DNA of 64,000 nucleotides from Mobula hypostoma. Its lineage: Eukaryota. The stretch covers positions 237,524,001-237,588,000 of the forward strand of contig NC_086097.1 of NCBI RefSeq assembly GCF_963921235.1. The letters are read 5' to 3'. Shown in pieces: positions 11,978 to 24,967 of the stretch. The notes beneath the pieces are model-generated. The model ran no database searches. It saw only the letters and a program-made list of their open reading frames with translations, and was not told where the DNA came from. Position numbers and translations under genes: made by a program. Every line of letters begins with the position of its first letter. Within the stretch, counting starts at the first letter, position 1.

Positions 11978-14560
11978 CTAGTCCCATTGATTGGCACCCA
12001 GTCCATAACCCTCCAGGCCTCTCCCATCGATGTACCTACCCAATTTATTCTTAAAACTTAAGAACACCACGTCAGATTGCAGTTCGTTCCACACTCTCAC
12101 CACTCTCTGAGTGAAGAAGTTCCCCCTCATGTTCCCCCTAAACCTTTCCCCTTTCACCCTAAAGCCATGTCCTCTCATATTTACCTCTCCTAATCTAAGT
12201 GGAAAGAGCCTATTCACATTTACTCTGTCTATACCATCTCCCCTCATTCTTCTATGCTCCAAGGAATAAAGTCCTAACCTGTTCAATCTTTCCCTGTAAC
12301 TCAACTCCTCAAGACCTGGCAACATCCTAGCAAATCTTCTCTGCACTCTTTCAATCTTACTGATATCCTTCCTATAGTTAGGTGACCAGAACTGTACACA
12401 ATACTCCAAATTTGGCCTCACCAATGTCTTATACAACCTCCCCACAACATCCCAATTCCTATACTCAATACTTTGATTTATGGATACAAGGATGCCAAAA
12501 GCCTTCTTTACAACCCTGTCTACCTGTGACACCTCTTTCAGGGAATTATGTATCTGAACTTCCAGATCCCTTTGTTCCTCCACACTCCTCAGTGCCCTAC
12601 CATTTAGTGTGTATGTCCTACCTTGATTTGTCTTTCCAAACCGCAACACCTCACACTTGTCTCCATGAAATTCCATCTGCCATTTTCTGACCCATTTTTC
12701 CAGCTGGTCCAGATCCCTCTGCAAGCTTTGAAAGCCTTCCTTGCTGTCCACAGCACCTCCAATCTTAGTGTCATCAGCAAACTTGCTGATTCAATTAACC
12801 ACTTTATCATCTAGATCATTGATATAGACAACAAACAACAATGGTCCCAGCACAGATCCCAGAGGCACACCACTAGTCACAGGCCTCCAGACTGATAAGC
12901 AATCGTCCACTACCACTCTCTGTCTTCTCCCACGCAGCCAATTTCGAATCCAGTTTACAACCTCTCCATGGATACCTAGTGTCTGAAGGCTGTCCAAATA
13001 CTTGTATATCCAATCTCTCAGAACACCTTCCAATAATTTACCTACTACTAATGTCAGGCTCACCGGCCTGTAATTACCTGGTTTACTTTTGGAGCCTTTT
13101 TTAAACAACGGAACATGAACTACCCTCCAATCCTTCAGCACCGCACCCATGGCTAAGGACATTTTAAATACTTCTGCCAGAGCCCGTGCAATTTCTACAC
13201 TAGTCTCTCTCAAGGTCCGAGAAAATATCATGTCAGGCCCGGGAGATTTATCTACCTTTATTTGCTGTAAGGCAGCGAGCACCTCCTCCTCTTTAATCTC
13301 TATATGTTCCATGACACTGCTGCTTGATTCCCTTCCTTCCATATACACTCTGCCAGTTTGCTGAGTAAATACTGATGCAAAAAAACTGTTTAAGATCTCC
13401 TCCATCTCCTGAGGCTCCACACATAGACAACCACTCTGATCTTCTAGGGGATCAATTTGTCCCTTACTATCCTTTTACTCTTAATATACTTGTAGAAACC
13501 CTTCGGGTTTACCTTCACATTATCTGCCAAAGGAACCTCATGCCTTCCTTTTGCCTTCCTGATTTCCTTCTTTAGCATTTTCTTACATTTTTTTATACTC
13601 TTAGTACCTCATTTGTTCCTTGTTGCCTATACCTGCTATACACCTCTCTCTTTTTCTTAACCAGATGGCCAATATCCCTTGAAAACCAAGGTTCCCTATG
13701 CCTGCTAACTTTGCCTTTAATCCTGGCAGGAACATGCAAACTCTGCACTCTCAAAATTTCATCTTTGAAGGCCTTCCACTTACTGAACACATCCTTGCCA
13801 GAAAACAACTTATCCCAGTCCACTCTTCCTAGATCCTTTCTCATTTCCACAGAATTGGTCCTTCTCCAATTTAGAACCTCAACTCGAGGACCAGACCTAT
13901 CCTTATCCATAATTTACTTGAAACTAATGACATTATGGTCACTGGACCCAAAATGTTCACCTGCACATACTTCTGTCACCTGACCTGTCTGGTTCCCTAA
14001 TAGGAGATCAAGTATTGCATCCTCTCTCGTTGGTACCTCTATATATTGATTTAGAAAACTTTCCTGAACACATTTGACAAACTCCAAGCCATTTAGCCCT
14101 TTTACAGTGTGGGAGTCCCAGTCAATATGCAGAAAGTTAAAATCCCCTACTATTACAACTTTCTGTTTCTTACATCGGTCTGCTATCCCTCTACAGATTT
14201 GCTTCTCCAATTCTCTCTGACTATTGGGTGGTCTATAATACAACCCTATTAGTGTGGTCACACTTTTCCCGTTCCTCAGCTCCACCCATATGGCCTCTGT
14301 AGACGAGCCCTCAGGGCTGTCCTGTCTACGCACAGCTGTGATATTTTCCCTGACTAGTAATGCCACTCCTCCCCCTTTCATTCCTCCCCCTCTATCACAT
14401 CTGAAACAACGGAACCCCTGAACATTAAGCTGTCAGTCCTGCCCCTCCTGCAACTGTCTCACTAATAGCAATAATGTCGTAATCCCACGTGTCAATCCAC
14501 GCCCTAAACTCATCTGTTTTACCTACAATACTTCTTGCATTGAAATAGATGCACCTGAGA
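11978..14560 (-). pseudogene. CR1 ORF2p (APE endonuclease and reverse transcriptase), disrupted
   Basis: KGGGVAL, YYRPP, VGDFN, SDHN (APE); GNYRPVSLT, [19 protein letters not shown] (RT). In-frame stops at ~13914 and ~12791, a frameshift near 13595, and the QHGF..DFSKAFD block is deleted. Confidence 0.9.
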
Positions 14561-14760
14561 ACATCTCTATCACATACAATCCTTTGATTTCTGTCTATAC
14601 ATACAGTCCTCGCATGACCTTTGTCCTCGCATGACCTTTATCCTCCTCCACCTCACTATCTCCTCTAACACTCTGGTTCCCTTCCCCCTGTAAATCTAGT
14701 TTAAACCCCCCAGAGCAGCACTAGCAAACTTACCCACAAGGATGTTAGTCCCCCTCCAGT

Positions 14761-15630
14761 TCAGGTGAAAACCGTCCCGTCGGAACAGGTCCCACCTTCC
14801 CTGGAACAAGGCCAAATTGTCCAGAAACATGAAGCCCTCCCTCCTGTACCACCTCCTAGCCACGTCTTTAGCTGCATTATCTTCCTATTTCTAGCCTCAC
14901 TGTCACGTGGCGTGGGTAGCATTCCTGAGATTGCAACCCTGGAGGTCCTGTCCTTCAACTTTGCACCTAACTCCCTGAGCTCTCTTTGCAGGACCTCCTC
15001 CTCCTTCCTATTCATGTCATTGGTCCCTACATGGACCATGACATCTGGCTGCTCACCCTCCCTCCTGTGAATACCGAGAACGCGATCCGAGATATCGCGG
15101 ACCCTGGCACCAGGGAGGCAACAGACCATCCGGGATTCTCGATCTCTTCCACAGAACCTCTTATCTGTCCCCCTTACTATTGAATCCCCTATCACTACTG
15201 CTCTCCTCTTTCCCCTCCTTCCTTTCTTAGCTGAGGGTACAGTCTTGGTATCAGAGATGTGACCACTACAACTTGTCCCTGGTAGGTCGTCCCCACCAAC
15301 AGTATCTAAAACGGTATAGTTATTGTTGATGGGAACGGTCACAGGGGTGCTCTGCTCTTTCTGTCTATTTCCCTTCCCCCTCCTGACCGTCATCCAGCTA
15401 CCTGCCTCCTGACTTTTAAGGGTGAATATCTCCCTGAAACTCCTGTCTATTTCTGCCTCTGCCTCACGAATGATCCGAAGTTCATCCAGCTCCAGCTCCT
15501 TAACTCGGTTTGTCAGGAGCTGCAGCTGGACGCACCTTTTACAGGTGTAGTCATCAGGGACGATTGTGCTGTCCCTGACTTCCCACATACTGCATCCGGA
15601 GCACTCGACTGCCCTAACTGCTGCCTCCAT
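14761..15630 (-). pseudogene. CR1 ORF1p: zinc finger/leucine zipper plus SGNH esterase, frameshifted near the C-terminus
   Basis: CSGC..CKRC zinc finger; coiled-coil LQLLTNRVKELEL; SGNH blocks VIGDSIVRG, CLPGARV and VHVGTND. Confidence 0.9.
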
Positions 15631-16809
15631 TACCTACTCCTAAGTTAATTAAATTAATTAAAGGAACTTACCCGGCCTTACCTCACTGGGAGCAGGCTCA
15701 TCCTCAGCCTCTGCTCGCTGAAGCCTCTCGAGCCAAAGCCTCAAAGCTCCGCTCCTACCCTGAGCCACTCACACACTGGCCGGTCCTCTTCAGTTACCCC
15801 TCCTTTTATTTGTCCCTGCCAATTATCTCAAGTACTCACTCCTCTAATCAACTAATCGACACTCTGTTTAACCCTTCAGTTGCCTCCACGCTCCTTTTAC
15901 AGCACACTCTCCTCAGCTGCTTCCCAGCACTCAGCGCTCTCCCAAGCCCCTTGCTCCTCCTCCTGCCGCGTCAGTCCCGTGATCACACTGCATTCTGGAT
16001 CTTCATTGTGGGAGCAGTGAAGACTCAACATGAATATGCATGCTTTCAGGTGAGTGCAAAGCTCAAACGTGATCTCCCTCAACCTTTTTCCCATCTCTTA
16101 CTGATACAGTAATTCCTTCACACTAACTCCATTCATGACTTAAAATCTATTTATGTGATTCAATAACATCTTTGATTTAATAACAGTCATACAAACTGCT
16201 ATGAGCTGCCATAACGTCATTAAACATGCTGGATGTATGCAAGCTATCACTGTTTGCATGTTATAGTACACAGAGAAGCTCAGAAAATTAGATGCTTTAT
16301 AGTTGAAAAGAAGTTTCATGATAAACTTTGGCCTATGATTTTGATTATTCATCCAAACTTTATGTGGTCATGGCAAACTCAAGGATGTTCAAATGGGATT
16401 ACTATAATCTAAAAGAAAACACCTATTAATTATCAGTTGCTGCTGAGGCATTCAAGTCCAAGACTTCTTCCCCTGCAAGGCAGGAGATGAATAATTGATA
16501 ACTATAAAGAAAATACCAGTGTGGTACATCTGATAGCTTTACCCAAGGGATTTCAACAATGATTTGAGAAATACCCAGATTGATCCAAGATACAGCTTAC
16601 ATAAAACATGCAAATACAGATGTTAAAAGTTCAAAGTAAATTTTACTATCAGAGTACATATATGTCACCACATACAACCCTGACATTCATTTTCCTGTGG
16701 ACATACTCAGCTAATCTACAGAATAGTAACTATAAGTAATGTGCAGAAGTAAATAAACAGCGCAACTGCAAATATAAGTAAATAACAATAAATAACAAGA
16801 GCATGAAAT

Positions 16810-17926
16810 TACAGAACCTGGGCCTCTGTATCTCCCTCTGCAATTGGATCCTTGACTTCCTAACCGGAAGACCACAATCTGTGCAGATTGGTGATAACAT
16901 CTCCTCCTTGATAACGATCAACACTGGTGCATCTCAGGGGTGTATGCTTAGCCCACTGCTCTACTCTCTCTATACCCATGACTGTGTGGCTAGGCATAGC
17001 TCAAATACCATCCTTAAATTTGCTGATGATACAACCAATGTTGGTAGAATCTCAGATGGAGATGAGAGGGCGTACAGGAGTGAGATATGCCAACTAGTGG
17101 AGTGGTGTCGCAGCAACAACCTGGCACTCAACGTCAGTAAGATGAAAGAGCTGATTGTGAACTTCAGGAAGGGTAAGATGAAGGAACACATGCCAATCCT
17201 CATAGACATATCAGAAGTGGAGAGAGTGAACAGTTTCAAGCTCCTTGATGTCAAGATCTCTGAGGACCTAACCTGGTCCCAACATGTCGATGCAGCTATA
17301 AAGAAGGCAAGGCAGCGACTATATTTCATTAGGAGTTTGAAGAGATTTAGTATGTCAACAAATACACTCGAAAACTTCTATAGATGTACCGTGGAGAGCA
17401 TTCTGATAGGCTGCATCACTGTCTGGTATTGGGTGGGGGAGGGCTACTGCACAGGACTGAAAGAAACTGCAGAAGGTTGTAAATTTAGTCGGCTCTCCAT
17501 CTTGGGTACAAACCTACAAAGCACCCAGGACATCTTCAAGGAGCGGTGTCTCAGAAAGGCAGCGTCCATTATTAAGGACCTCCAGCACCCAGGGCATGCC
17601 CTTTTCTCACTGTTACCATCAGGTAGGAGGTACAGAAGCCTGAAGGCACACACTCAGCGATTCAGGAACAGCTTCTTCCCCTCCGCCATGCAATTCCTAA
17701 ATGGACATGGAACCCATGAACACTACCTCATTTTTTTAATATATATTATTTCTGTTTTTGGCACTATTTTTAATCTATCCAATGTACGTATACAGTAATT
17801 GATTTACTCATTTATTTATTCTTACTTTTTTCTTCTTCTTGTATATTATCTATTACATTGAACTGCTGCTGCTAAGTTAACAGATTTCATGACACATGCT
17901 GATGATAATAAACCTGATTCTGATTC
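16810..17926 (+). mobile_element. Rex1/Babar LINE, 5'-truncated (RT C-terminal half, 3' UTR, (ATTCTG)n tail)
   Basis: [43 protein letters not shown] tgaaat at 16804-16809 and 17927-17932. The ORF's ATG comes from flanking sequence. Confidence 0.88.
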
Positions 17927-18204
17927 TGAAATAACAAGGTAAAGAGTCCTTAAAGTGAGATCATTGGCTGTGGGAACATCTCAACAGATGAGCGTAGTTT
18001 GTTCAAGAGCCTGATAACAGTCCTGAGGCACCTGTACCTTCTACCTGATGGCAGCAGCAAGAAGAGAGCATGGCCTGGGTGGTGAGAATCTTTGTTGATG
18101 GATGCTGCTTTCTGATGATAGCATTTCATGTAAATGTGCTCAATGGTTGGGAGCACTTCACCTGTGATGTACTGGGACGAATCCACTACCTTTTTTAGGA
18201 TTTT

Positions 18205-18982
18205 AGACAATAGACAATAGGTGTAGGAGTAGGCCATTCGGCCCTTTGAGCCAGCACCGCCATTCACTGTGATCATGGCTGATTATCCACTATCAGTATC
18301 CAGTTCCTGCCTTATCCCCATAACCTTTGATTCCACTATCTTTAAGAGCTCTATCCATCTCTTTTTTGAAAGCATCCAGAGACTTGGGCTCCACAGCCTT
18401 CTGGGGCAGAGCATTCCATATATCCACCACTCTCTGGGTGAAAGAGTTTTTCCTCAACTCCGTTCTAAATGGCCTACTCCTAATTCTCAAACTGTGGCCT
18501 CTGGTTCTGGACTCATCCATCAGCGGGAACATGCTTCCTGCCTCCAGCGTGTCCAATCCCTTAATAATCTTTTATGTTTCAATAAGATCCCCTCTCAGCC
18601 TTCTAAATTCCAGTGTATACAAGCCCAGTCACTCCAATCTTTCGACATATGACAGTCCCGCCATCCTGGGAATTAACCTTGTGAACCTACGCTGCACTCC
18701 CTCAATAGCAAGAATGTCCTTCCTCAAATTTGGAGACCAAAACTGCACACAGTACTGGAGGTGTGGTCTCACTAGGGCCCTATACAGCTGCAGAAGAACC
18801 TCTTTGCTCTTATACTCAATTCCCCTTGTTATGAAGGCCAGTATGCCATTAGCTTTTTTCACTGCCTGCTGTACTTGCATGCTTGCTTTCAGTGACTGAT
18901 GCACAAGAACACCTAGATCTCGTTGTGTTTCCCCTTTTCCTAACTTGACTCCATTTAGATAGTAATCTGCCTTCCCGTTCTT
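18205..18982 (-). mobile_element. CR1 LINE 3' fragment with (TCTATTG)n tail, relatively young
   Basis: ORFs 18629-19018 and 18293-18556: QRDLGVLVH..LVRPHLQYCVQFW..TRGHSLRI..SFTQRVV. Confidence 0.88.
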
Positions 18983-19789
18983 TTCTGTTTTTCTGTTTAA
19001 AGGCATTGGTGTTCTCATACCAGGCCTTAATGCAGCCAGTCAACACACTTTCCACCACTCATCTATAGAAAAGTTGGTCAGCAGGTGCTTAAATCATTAA
19101 AAATCTGTGAATAACCTGATACAAGTGCAAACAGAAAGAATTCACATGGAGTCCAGGATTTACCTGCAGAACAAACGTTCTCTTTTTTTTAAACAAGCTG
19201 ACAGCAACAGGGGAATCACTTGTCCTAGAATGAATGCTTCTTGATTCCAAGTTTTCATTCTTCTTAAACTATTTCTCATTGACTCCCCCTCCCCCACTAT
19301 CTCTCCCCTGCGTGAGCTGTGTAGACATAGAGGGAAGTGAGCCTTTCATCATGTCAAGCTTCAGTGCCACTTTCACCTTAAATGGACAATGGCAGTCTTC
19401 CATGCATGAGTTTTATGAAACTGCTGTTGGGCTGAGCTGGCAACCAGACACGAGTTCATTCTAGATCACTTTAGCCTGTAGTCTTTGGCTTGGGCCAGCT
19501 GAGCCTGATACAGACTTTCACAGTCTGGTACCAGCCCTATAGGGCTCCCCTTCATCTCCCTGCAGAATGCTCATCCTTCAATCACTCTGCTGCGCGATAG
19601 ATCCAAGAATTCACTATTCCCTGCAATGTTTACTATCCCTGACAACAAAGTTAAGACATTTTGTTCACATAATTTGCCAGTGATGAATGTACAAAACTTG
19701 TAAGTCCTCCACAGCAGGGTCGGTGTTGGGAAAGTGGGGGGGGAAATAATTAAAGATTTGTTTTATTTGACACATGAACATCAAAAGAT

Positions 19790-20112
19790 CAGGGAGAGAG
19801 GGGGGAGGAGGGAAGAGATTGGGGAAAGGGGAAGAAAGAGAGAGGAGAGGAGGAAAGGAGGAGAGAGGGGACTGGGGGTGTGGGAAGAAAGGGGACTGAG
19901 AGGGGGAAGTGGGGAGAAAGGGGGTGAAGGGAGGATATGGAGAAGGGGCAGAGTGGTGAGGGAAAGGGAGAGATGGGGGTAAAAAGGCAGAGAGGAGAAA
20001 GGGGAAAGAGGGGAAGGAGGAGGAGGGAGGGGGAGAATAGGGAGTGAGGGGGAGTGAGAGTGGAGAGAGGGGGAGAAAAGGGAAGGGGGAGGGAGAAGGG
20101 AGAAGAGAGGGG
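19790..20112. repeat. Polypurine (G/A) low-complexity tract
   Basis: Almost exclusively G/A with many G runs. Confidence 0.9.
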
Positions 20113-21217
20113 TTTGGAGGAATATGATCTGGATGTAGGTAGGTAGGACTAGACAGAAGATCAAGTCAGCATAGACTAGTTGGGCAAAAGGACCTTATTC
20201 TGTGCTTCAGTACTCTATGATTCTATGACTATATTACTTACAGTTGTCAAGGATGAAAGGCAAAAATCTGATGATTTATAATTTTATCACCTGAATAATT
20301 CACTACATATACTTAGTAGGTCAGGTTTCTACAGTCACGGCCCATGCCACACAATCACTGACTGTGCCGACCCACAGCCACAATAAATTTCCACAGCTGC
20401 TCACCACCCAAACACATGACCTGGTTCTCTGCCTTTCTCCTTCTGAGAGGCACAACGGTCTGCGTCACAGGCAAAGTGAAATGAGGCCATGCCTGTGGTT
20501 CATCCTAATAGCCTCCTGACAGTTCACATTGTCAGAGCCATTTTAGCTGGTCTGAAGCTCAGAAAATTCCCTGGATACTAAATGCTGGATTAATATTCAA
20601 AGATGAAACAGTAAAGAAGGTTTGCGACCCAGGATCATCCATTATGAATGCAGTTCTAAAGACCACGCAGAAGAAGCAGTTTGTGACATGGTGGATTGGG
20701 TTTCCTTAATTTTCCGAATTTCCCTAATTTAGGAAAAGTTCCATTCCTTCATGTGAAGAGGGAGGGAGATTAAAAAGCAGAAAATATCTGCCACAGGAAA
20801 GACATTGGAAGCTATTATAAAAGACTCCATAGGAGGGCATTAAGAAGAGTTCTAAATGATCAGGCAATGACATTGTTGTGGATAAAAGAGGACCTGTAAA
20901 TATATTATACTCATATTTTCAGAAGGCATTTGATAGGGCTTTGTCTCCCAAGTTTATTGTGGAATATAAAAGCTCACTGCATTGAAAGGAAGATTGTTAA
21001 CATGGCAACGAGTAAGCAGAAATGGATCTTCTTCTGCTTAGCAGCTTGTCGCTGATACTGAAATCATATATAGCAGATAAAGCTAACTTGGATAAGGATA
21101 TTAAAAATATTGTTTTAAATTTGTAGGTAACATAAATATAGATAGGAAATTAAGTTATTTTTGAAGAGGACATAACAAAGCTATGATGGAATATACATTG
21201 TACTGTGCAAAGGTCTG

Positions 21218-21236
21218 ACACACACACACACACACA

Positions 21237-21277
<41 letters not shown>

Positions 21278-21282
21278 ACACA
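21218..21282. repeat. (CA)n microsatellite next to a single Tc1-type TIR (~21195-21218)
   Basis: Read directly. The adjacent cattgtactgtgcaaaggtct matches the TIR at 21440. Confidence 0.9.
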
Positions 21283-21439
21283 TCACTTGGTTGAAATGCA
21301 ATCCTGGAATCAAGAAAACCAACCCACAAAACTGACAGTGAACTTTATACTGATGCCTTATCATGCTGGGCAAAGCAATATGTTCAATATGTTGTGAGGG
21401 TACATCTGACCAAACAGAAATTAAACAGTCATGGTACTA

Positions 21440-21512
21440 CAGTTCTGTGCAAAAGTCTCAGGTAGGTACATATATATATAGCCAGGGTGCCTAATACTTT
21501 TGCACAGTACTG
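21440..21512. mobile_element. Tc1/mariner-type mini-MITE, 73 bp
   Basis: TA|cagttctgtgcaaaagtctcagg ... cctaatacttttgcacagtactg|TA. Confidence 0.8.
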
Positions 21513-22000
21513 TAATAATTTTATGTATTGCACTGTACCGCCACCACAAAAAAAGCGAATTTCATGACCTATTGAGTGATGATAAACCTGATTCTGATTT
21601 GGGTCTCTAGTAGGAAGGCAATAGAGAAAGGGGAAAGGGAAAAGGGGAAAGGAGAGGGGAAGGAGCGGGTAGCATCAGAGGGGCATTCTACAAGGATCAA
21701 TAAACCAATTGAACTTGCCTCCACCCCACCGCCTCCCCCACTTGCAGTTCCCCCGGCACCCCTTCTCTGTCACCTGTCCCACACTCTCCTCATGGAACTC
21801 TACCCTCTCCATTCCCAACATATTTTGCTCCTGCCAGATTTATGAACTTGCTCTCCACTCCACTTTGACAAATGCAATACCGTACGAAGGTCTTAGGCGC
21901 TTTAGAAGGGCAAAGACGTTGCAAATGAAGTTAAAATGGAAAAAATGTGTAATTGTCCATCTTGGCAGGTAACATATAGAACAAGACATATTGTCTAAAT

Positions 22001-22079
22001 CAGTGGTCCAAACGTGGGGTCCATTTACCCCTTGCTTGATTGTATTGGCCTATGGGATAAAACAAGTTGTGAATACCTG
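22001..22079. mobile_element. hAT (Charlie-like) MITE, 79 bp
   Basis: CAG..CTG termini; 8-bp TSD gtctaaat/ttctaaat resembling the NTCTAGAN target. A related copy lies at 53200-53280. Confidence 0.75.
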
Positions 22080-22495
22080 TTCTAAATGAATGAATTGCAA
22101 ACCTCAGGGATGCAGAGAGTTGTGGATGCTATAGTACATGATCTGCAAATTTATTGGGAAAGCCGACAGAATGCATTATTTGTTGATAACAGAACTGAAT
22201 ACAGGAAATGTATTGGTGAAACCACATCTGGACTACTTTCTCCAGATATCCAAATAAAGTAGTCTCCTTATTTAAGGAAGAAAGTTAATGTGTTGAAAAC
22301 AGCTCAGGGAAGATTTATACCTTGAATAAATGGATTATTCCAAAAAAGGTTGAATAGGCAAGAACTTACAAGTGTGGGAGATGACTGAATTTAACAAGCA
22401 ATATCCTGAGAGGTCTTTATAAGGTGGATGTAGAAAGATTGTGGGATCATATAGAACCATCAATCATTGTTTAACAATCTGGAGTTATCCATCCA

Positions 22496-23570
22496 TGACA
22501 GCGATGCAGGTGGATGCTTTCCTGGTATCATGGATTCTTGATTACCTGACTGGCAGACCACAGTACGTATGCTTGCAACACTGTGTGTCCGACAGAGTGA
22601 TCAGCAGCACTGGGGCTCCACAGGAGACTGTCTTGTCTCCCTTTCTCTTCACCATTTACACCTCGGACTTCAACTACTGCACAGAGTCTTGTCATCTTCA
22701 GAAGTTTTCTGATGACTCTGCCATAGTTGGATGCATCAGCAAGGGAGATGAGGCTGAGTACAGGGCTATGGTAGGAAACTTTGTCACATGGTGTGAGCAG
22801 AATTATCTGCAGCTTAATGTGAAAAAGACTAAGGAGCTGGTGGTAGAGCTGAGGACAGCTAAGGCACCGGTGACCCCTGTTTCCATCCAGGGGGTCAGTG
22901 TGGACATGGTGGAGGATTACAAATACCTAGGGATACGAATTGACAATAAATTGGACTGGTCAAAGAACACTGAGGCTGTCTACAAGAAGGGTCAGAGCCG
23001 TCTCTATTTCCTGAGGAGACTGAGGTCCTTTAACATCTGCCGGACGATGCTGAGGATGTTCTACGAGTCTGTGGTGGCCAGTGCGATCATGTTTGCTGTT
23101 GTGTGCTGGGGCAGCAGGCTGAGGGTAGCAGACACCAACAGAATCAACAAACTCATTCGTAAGGCCAGTGATGTTGTGGGGATGGAACTGGACTCTCTGA
23201 CGGTGGTGTCTGAAAAGAGGATGCTGTCCAAGTTGCATGCCATCTTGGAAAATGTCTCCTATCCACAACATAATATACTGGTTGGGCACAGGAGTACATT
23301 CAGCCAGAGACTCATTCCACCGAGATGCAACACAGGGCGTCACAGGAAGTCATTCCTGCCTGTGGCCATCAAACTTTACAACTCCTCCCTTGGAGGGTCA
23401 GACACCCTGAGCCAATAGGCTGGTCCTGGACTTATTTCCTGGCATAATTTACATATCACTATTTAACTATTTATGGTTTTATTACCATTGAATTATTTAT
23501 GGTGCATCTGTAATGAAAACCAATTTCCTCCGGGATCAATAAAGTATGACTATGACTATGACTATGACTA
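22496..23570 (+). mobile_element. Young Rex1/Babar-type LINE of a second family, 5'-truncated, with an uninterrupted RT C-terminal ORF
   Basis: ORF open to its stop at 23418: SWILDYLTGRPQYV, TGAPQETVLSPFLFTIYT, KFSDDSAIVG, YKYLG. AATAAA followed by a (TATGAC)n tail. Confidence 0.9.
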
Positions 23571-24081
23571 AGATGACCGTTTTTTCCCCTCTGAGCATCA
23601 AAATCTTTAGAAACCTCTTCCTTAGAGAGTGTCTCACACAATACTTTTAAGAGAAGAGGTAGGTATATACTGGACATTTGATAAACAAGACAGTGAAAGG
23701 TTACCACATAGACAAGAATGTGCTGATGCAATTACAATCAGATCAATTATGATATTAAATGGCAGAACAGGCTTGAAAGGCCAAGTGGTCAACTTCTCCT
23801 AATTTGAATGTCTATACGTTCCTATTCCCAACTTCCTTGCTGCAGTGCATAGCTGTGCAGGTCAGGATAATGCTGTCCTAAGCATCGCAGCTAGCCAGCA
23901 TTTCTCTACGGACCTGCCAATTGGCCCCAAGCCTGTTCAACGTCATTGCATACACTGGCACCCACAATACTCTTTATCAATCACGCCAAAGCAAAAATTA
24001 TAACAGCTGCATTTTATGTGTATCCATCTGACTGATCTAACAATGAAATATTCATTTTTAACTATTGCTTATCTGACACCA

Positions 24082-24355
24082 GATTTGGGAACAACTTCTT
24101 TCCAACTGTGATAAGACTGCTGAACAGATCCTGACCCGGATCCGGGCCGTACCCTCCAAACATCTGGACCTGCCTCTCGGGTTTTTTGCACTGCCTTACT
24201 TCCCATTTTTCTATTTTCTATTTATGATATATAATTTAAATTTTTAATATTTACTATCGATTTATAATCCAGGGAGCGGGAAGCACAGAATCAAATATCG
24301 CTGTGATGATTGTACGTTTTAGTATCAATTGTTTGGCGACAATAAAATATAAAGT
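24082..24355 (+). mobile_element. LINE 3' end, Rex1-like (RFGNNFFPTVIRLLN), with AATAAA
   Basis: C-terminal motif resembles [15 protein letters not shown] of the other Rex1 copies. Confidence 0.6.
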
Positions 24356-24967
24356 ATTTAGCAGGATATCTCAAAAATTATACATGGACATAAGCTGCCT
24401 GTGGCAAATGAACAGTCCCCTTAGAAAAATATGTTCGGTCAATGAACCAAATGCAAACATAGAACCTTGTACTGTTAAATGTATAAATGTCTCTAAAGGA
24501 CAAAATAACCTTTGACTGCAAAGAAAATTCTTTAAATGTTAATACTGATCCTGGGTTCCCAAATCTCCATTACCAGGAAATGAATACAATTTAAATATAA
24601 AAGGATTATGGAGATCACATAATCAATTCTAGAACTCAAATTAATTTTGAAAATAGCTACCGTTTTCTACAACGGTAGTTAAAGCTTCTAGCTCAGCACT
24701 CTAATACACATATGCAGAAGTTGGCATGAAAATTCAATCTATTTCATTAATGACAAGCTTTTAGTTGAATTAATTGAAATGGAAGGTGAGATATCTCAAA
24801 AGAAACAGGTAACGCTTTTGACCTTCAGTTTAATTTTACACGCATATTGTTTGTGTTGTAAAATACTTGCAGGTTATTGATAAGGAACGTGAAGAGATTC
24901 TCTGGTGCATTTGGGACTTCTGTGTTAGTTTTGTCTGACTTGGTAGGACTTTCATCTCCTTTGGTAG

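Larger units (their letters stand above)
11907..15989 (-). mobile_element. 5'-complete but internally deleted CR1 LINE (5' UTR, ORF1, ORF2, 3' tail)
   Basis: Candidate TSD gcattc at 11901-11906 and 15990-15995. CpG-rich 5' UTR, then ORF1 and broken ORF2, ending in ...gtgctgtactgttctatggttt. Confidence 0.9.
16625..19075 (-). mobile_element. Rex1-derived element split by two younger insertions (pieces ~16625-16809, 17927-18204, 18985-19075)
   Basis: The pieces rejoin into VESVLTGCI..KVVDSSQYITG..KAASI.KD.HHPGHALF plus the tail ttactttgaactttt. Confidence 0.75.
20590..23810 (+). mobile_element. Old, fragmented CR1 LINE hosting Tc1 and hAT MITEs and a Rex1 insertion
   Basis: Remnants such as tttcagaaggcatttgatag (DFQKAFD), ttggtgaaaccacatctggactac and a 3' UTR at ~23750-23810. 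Confidence 0.6.
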
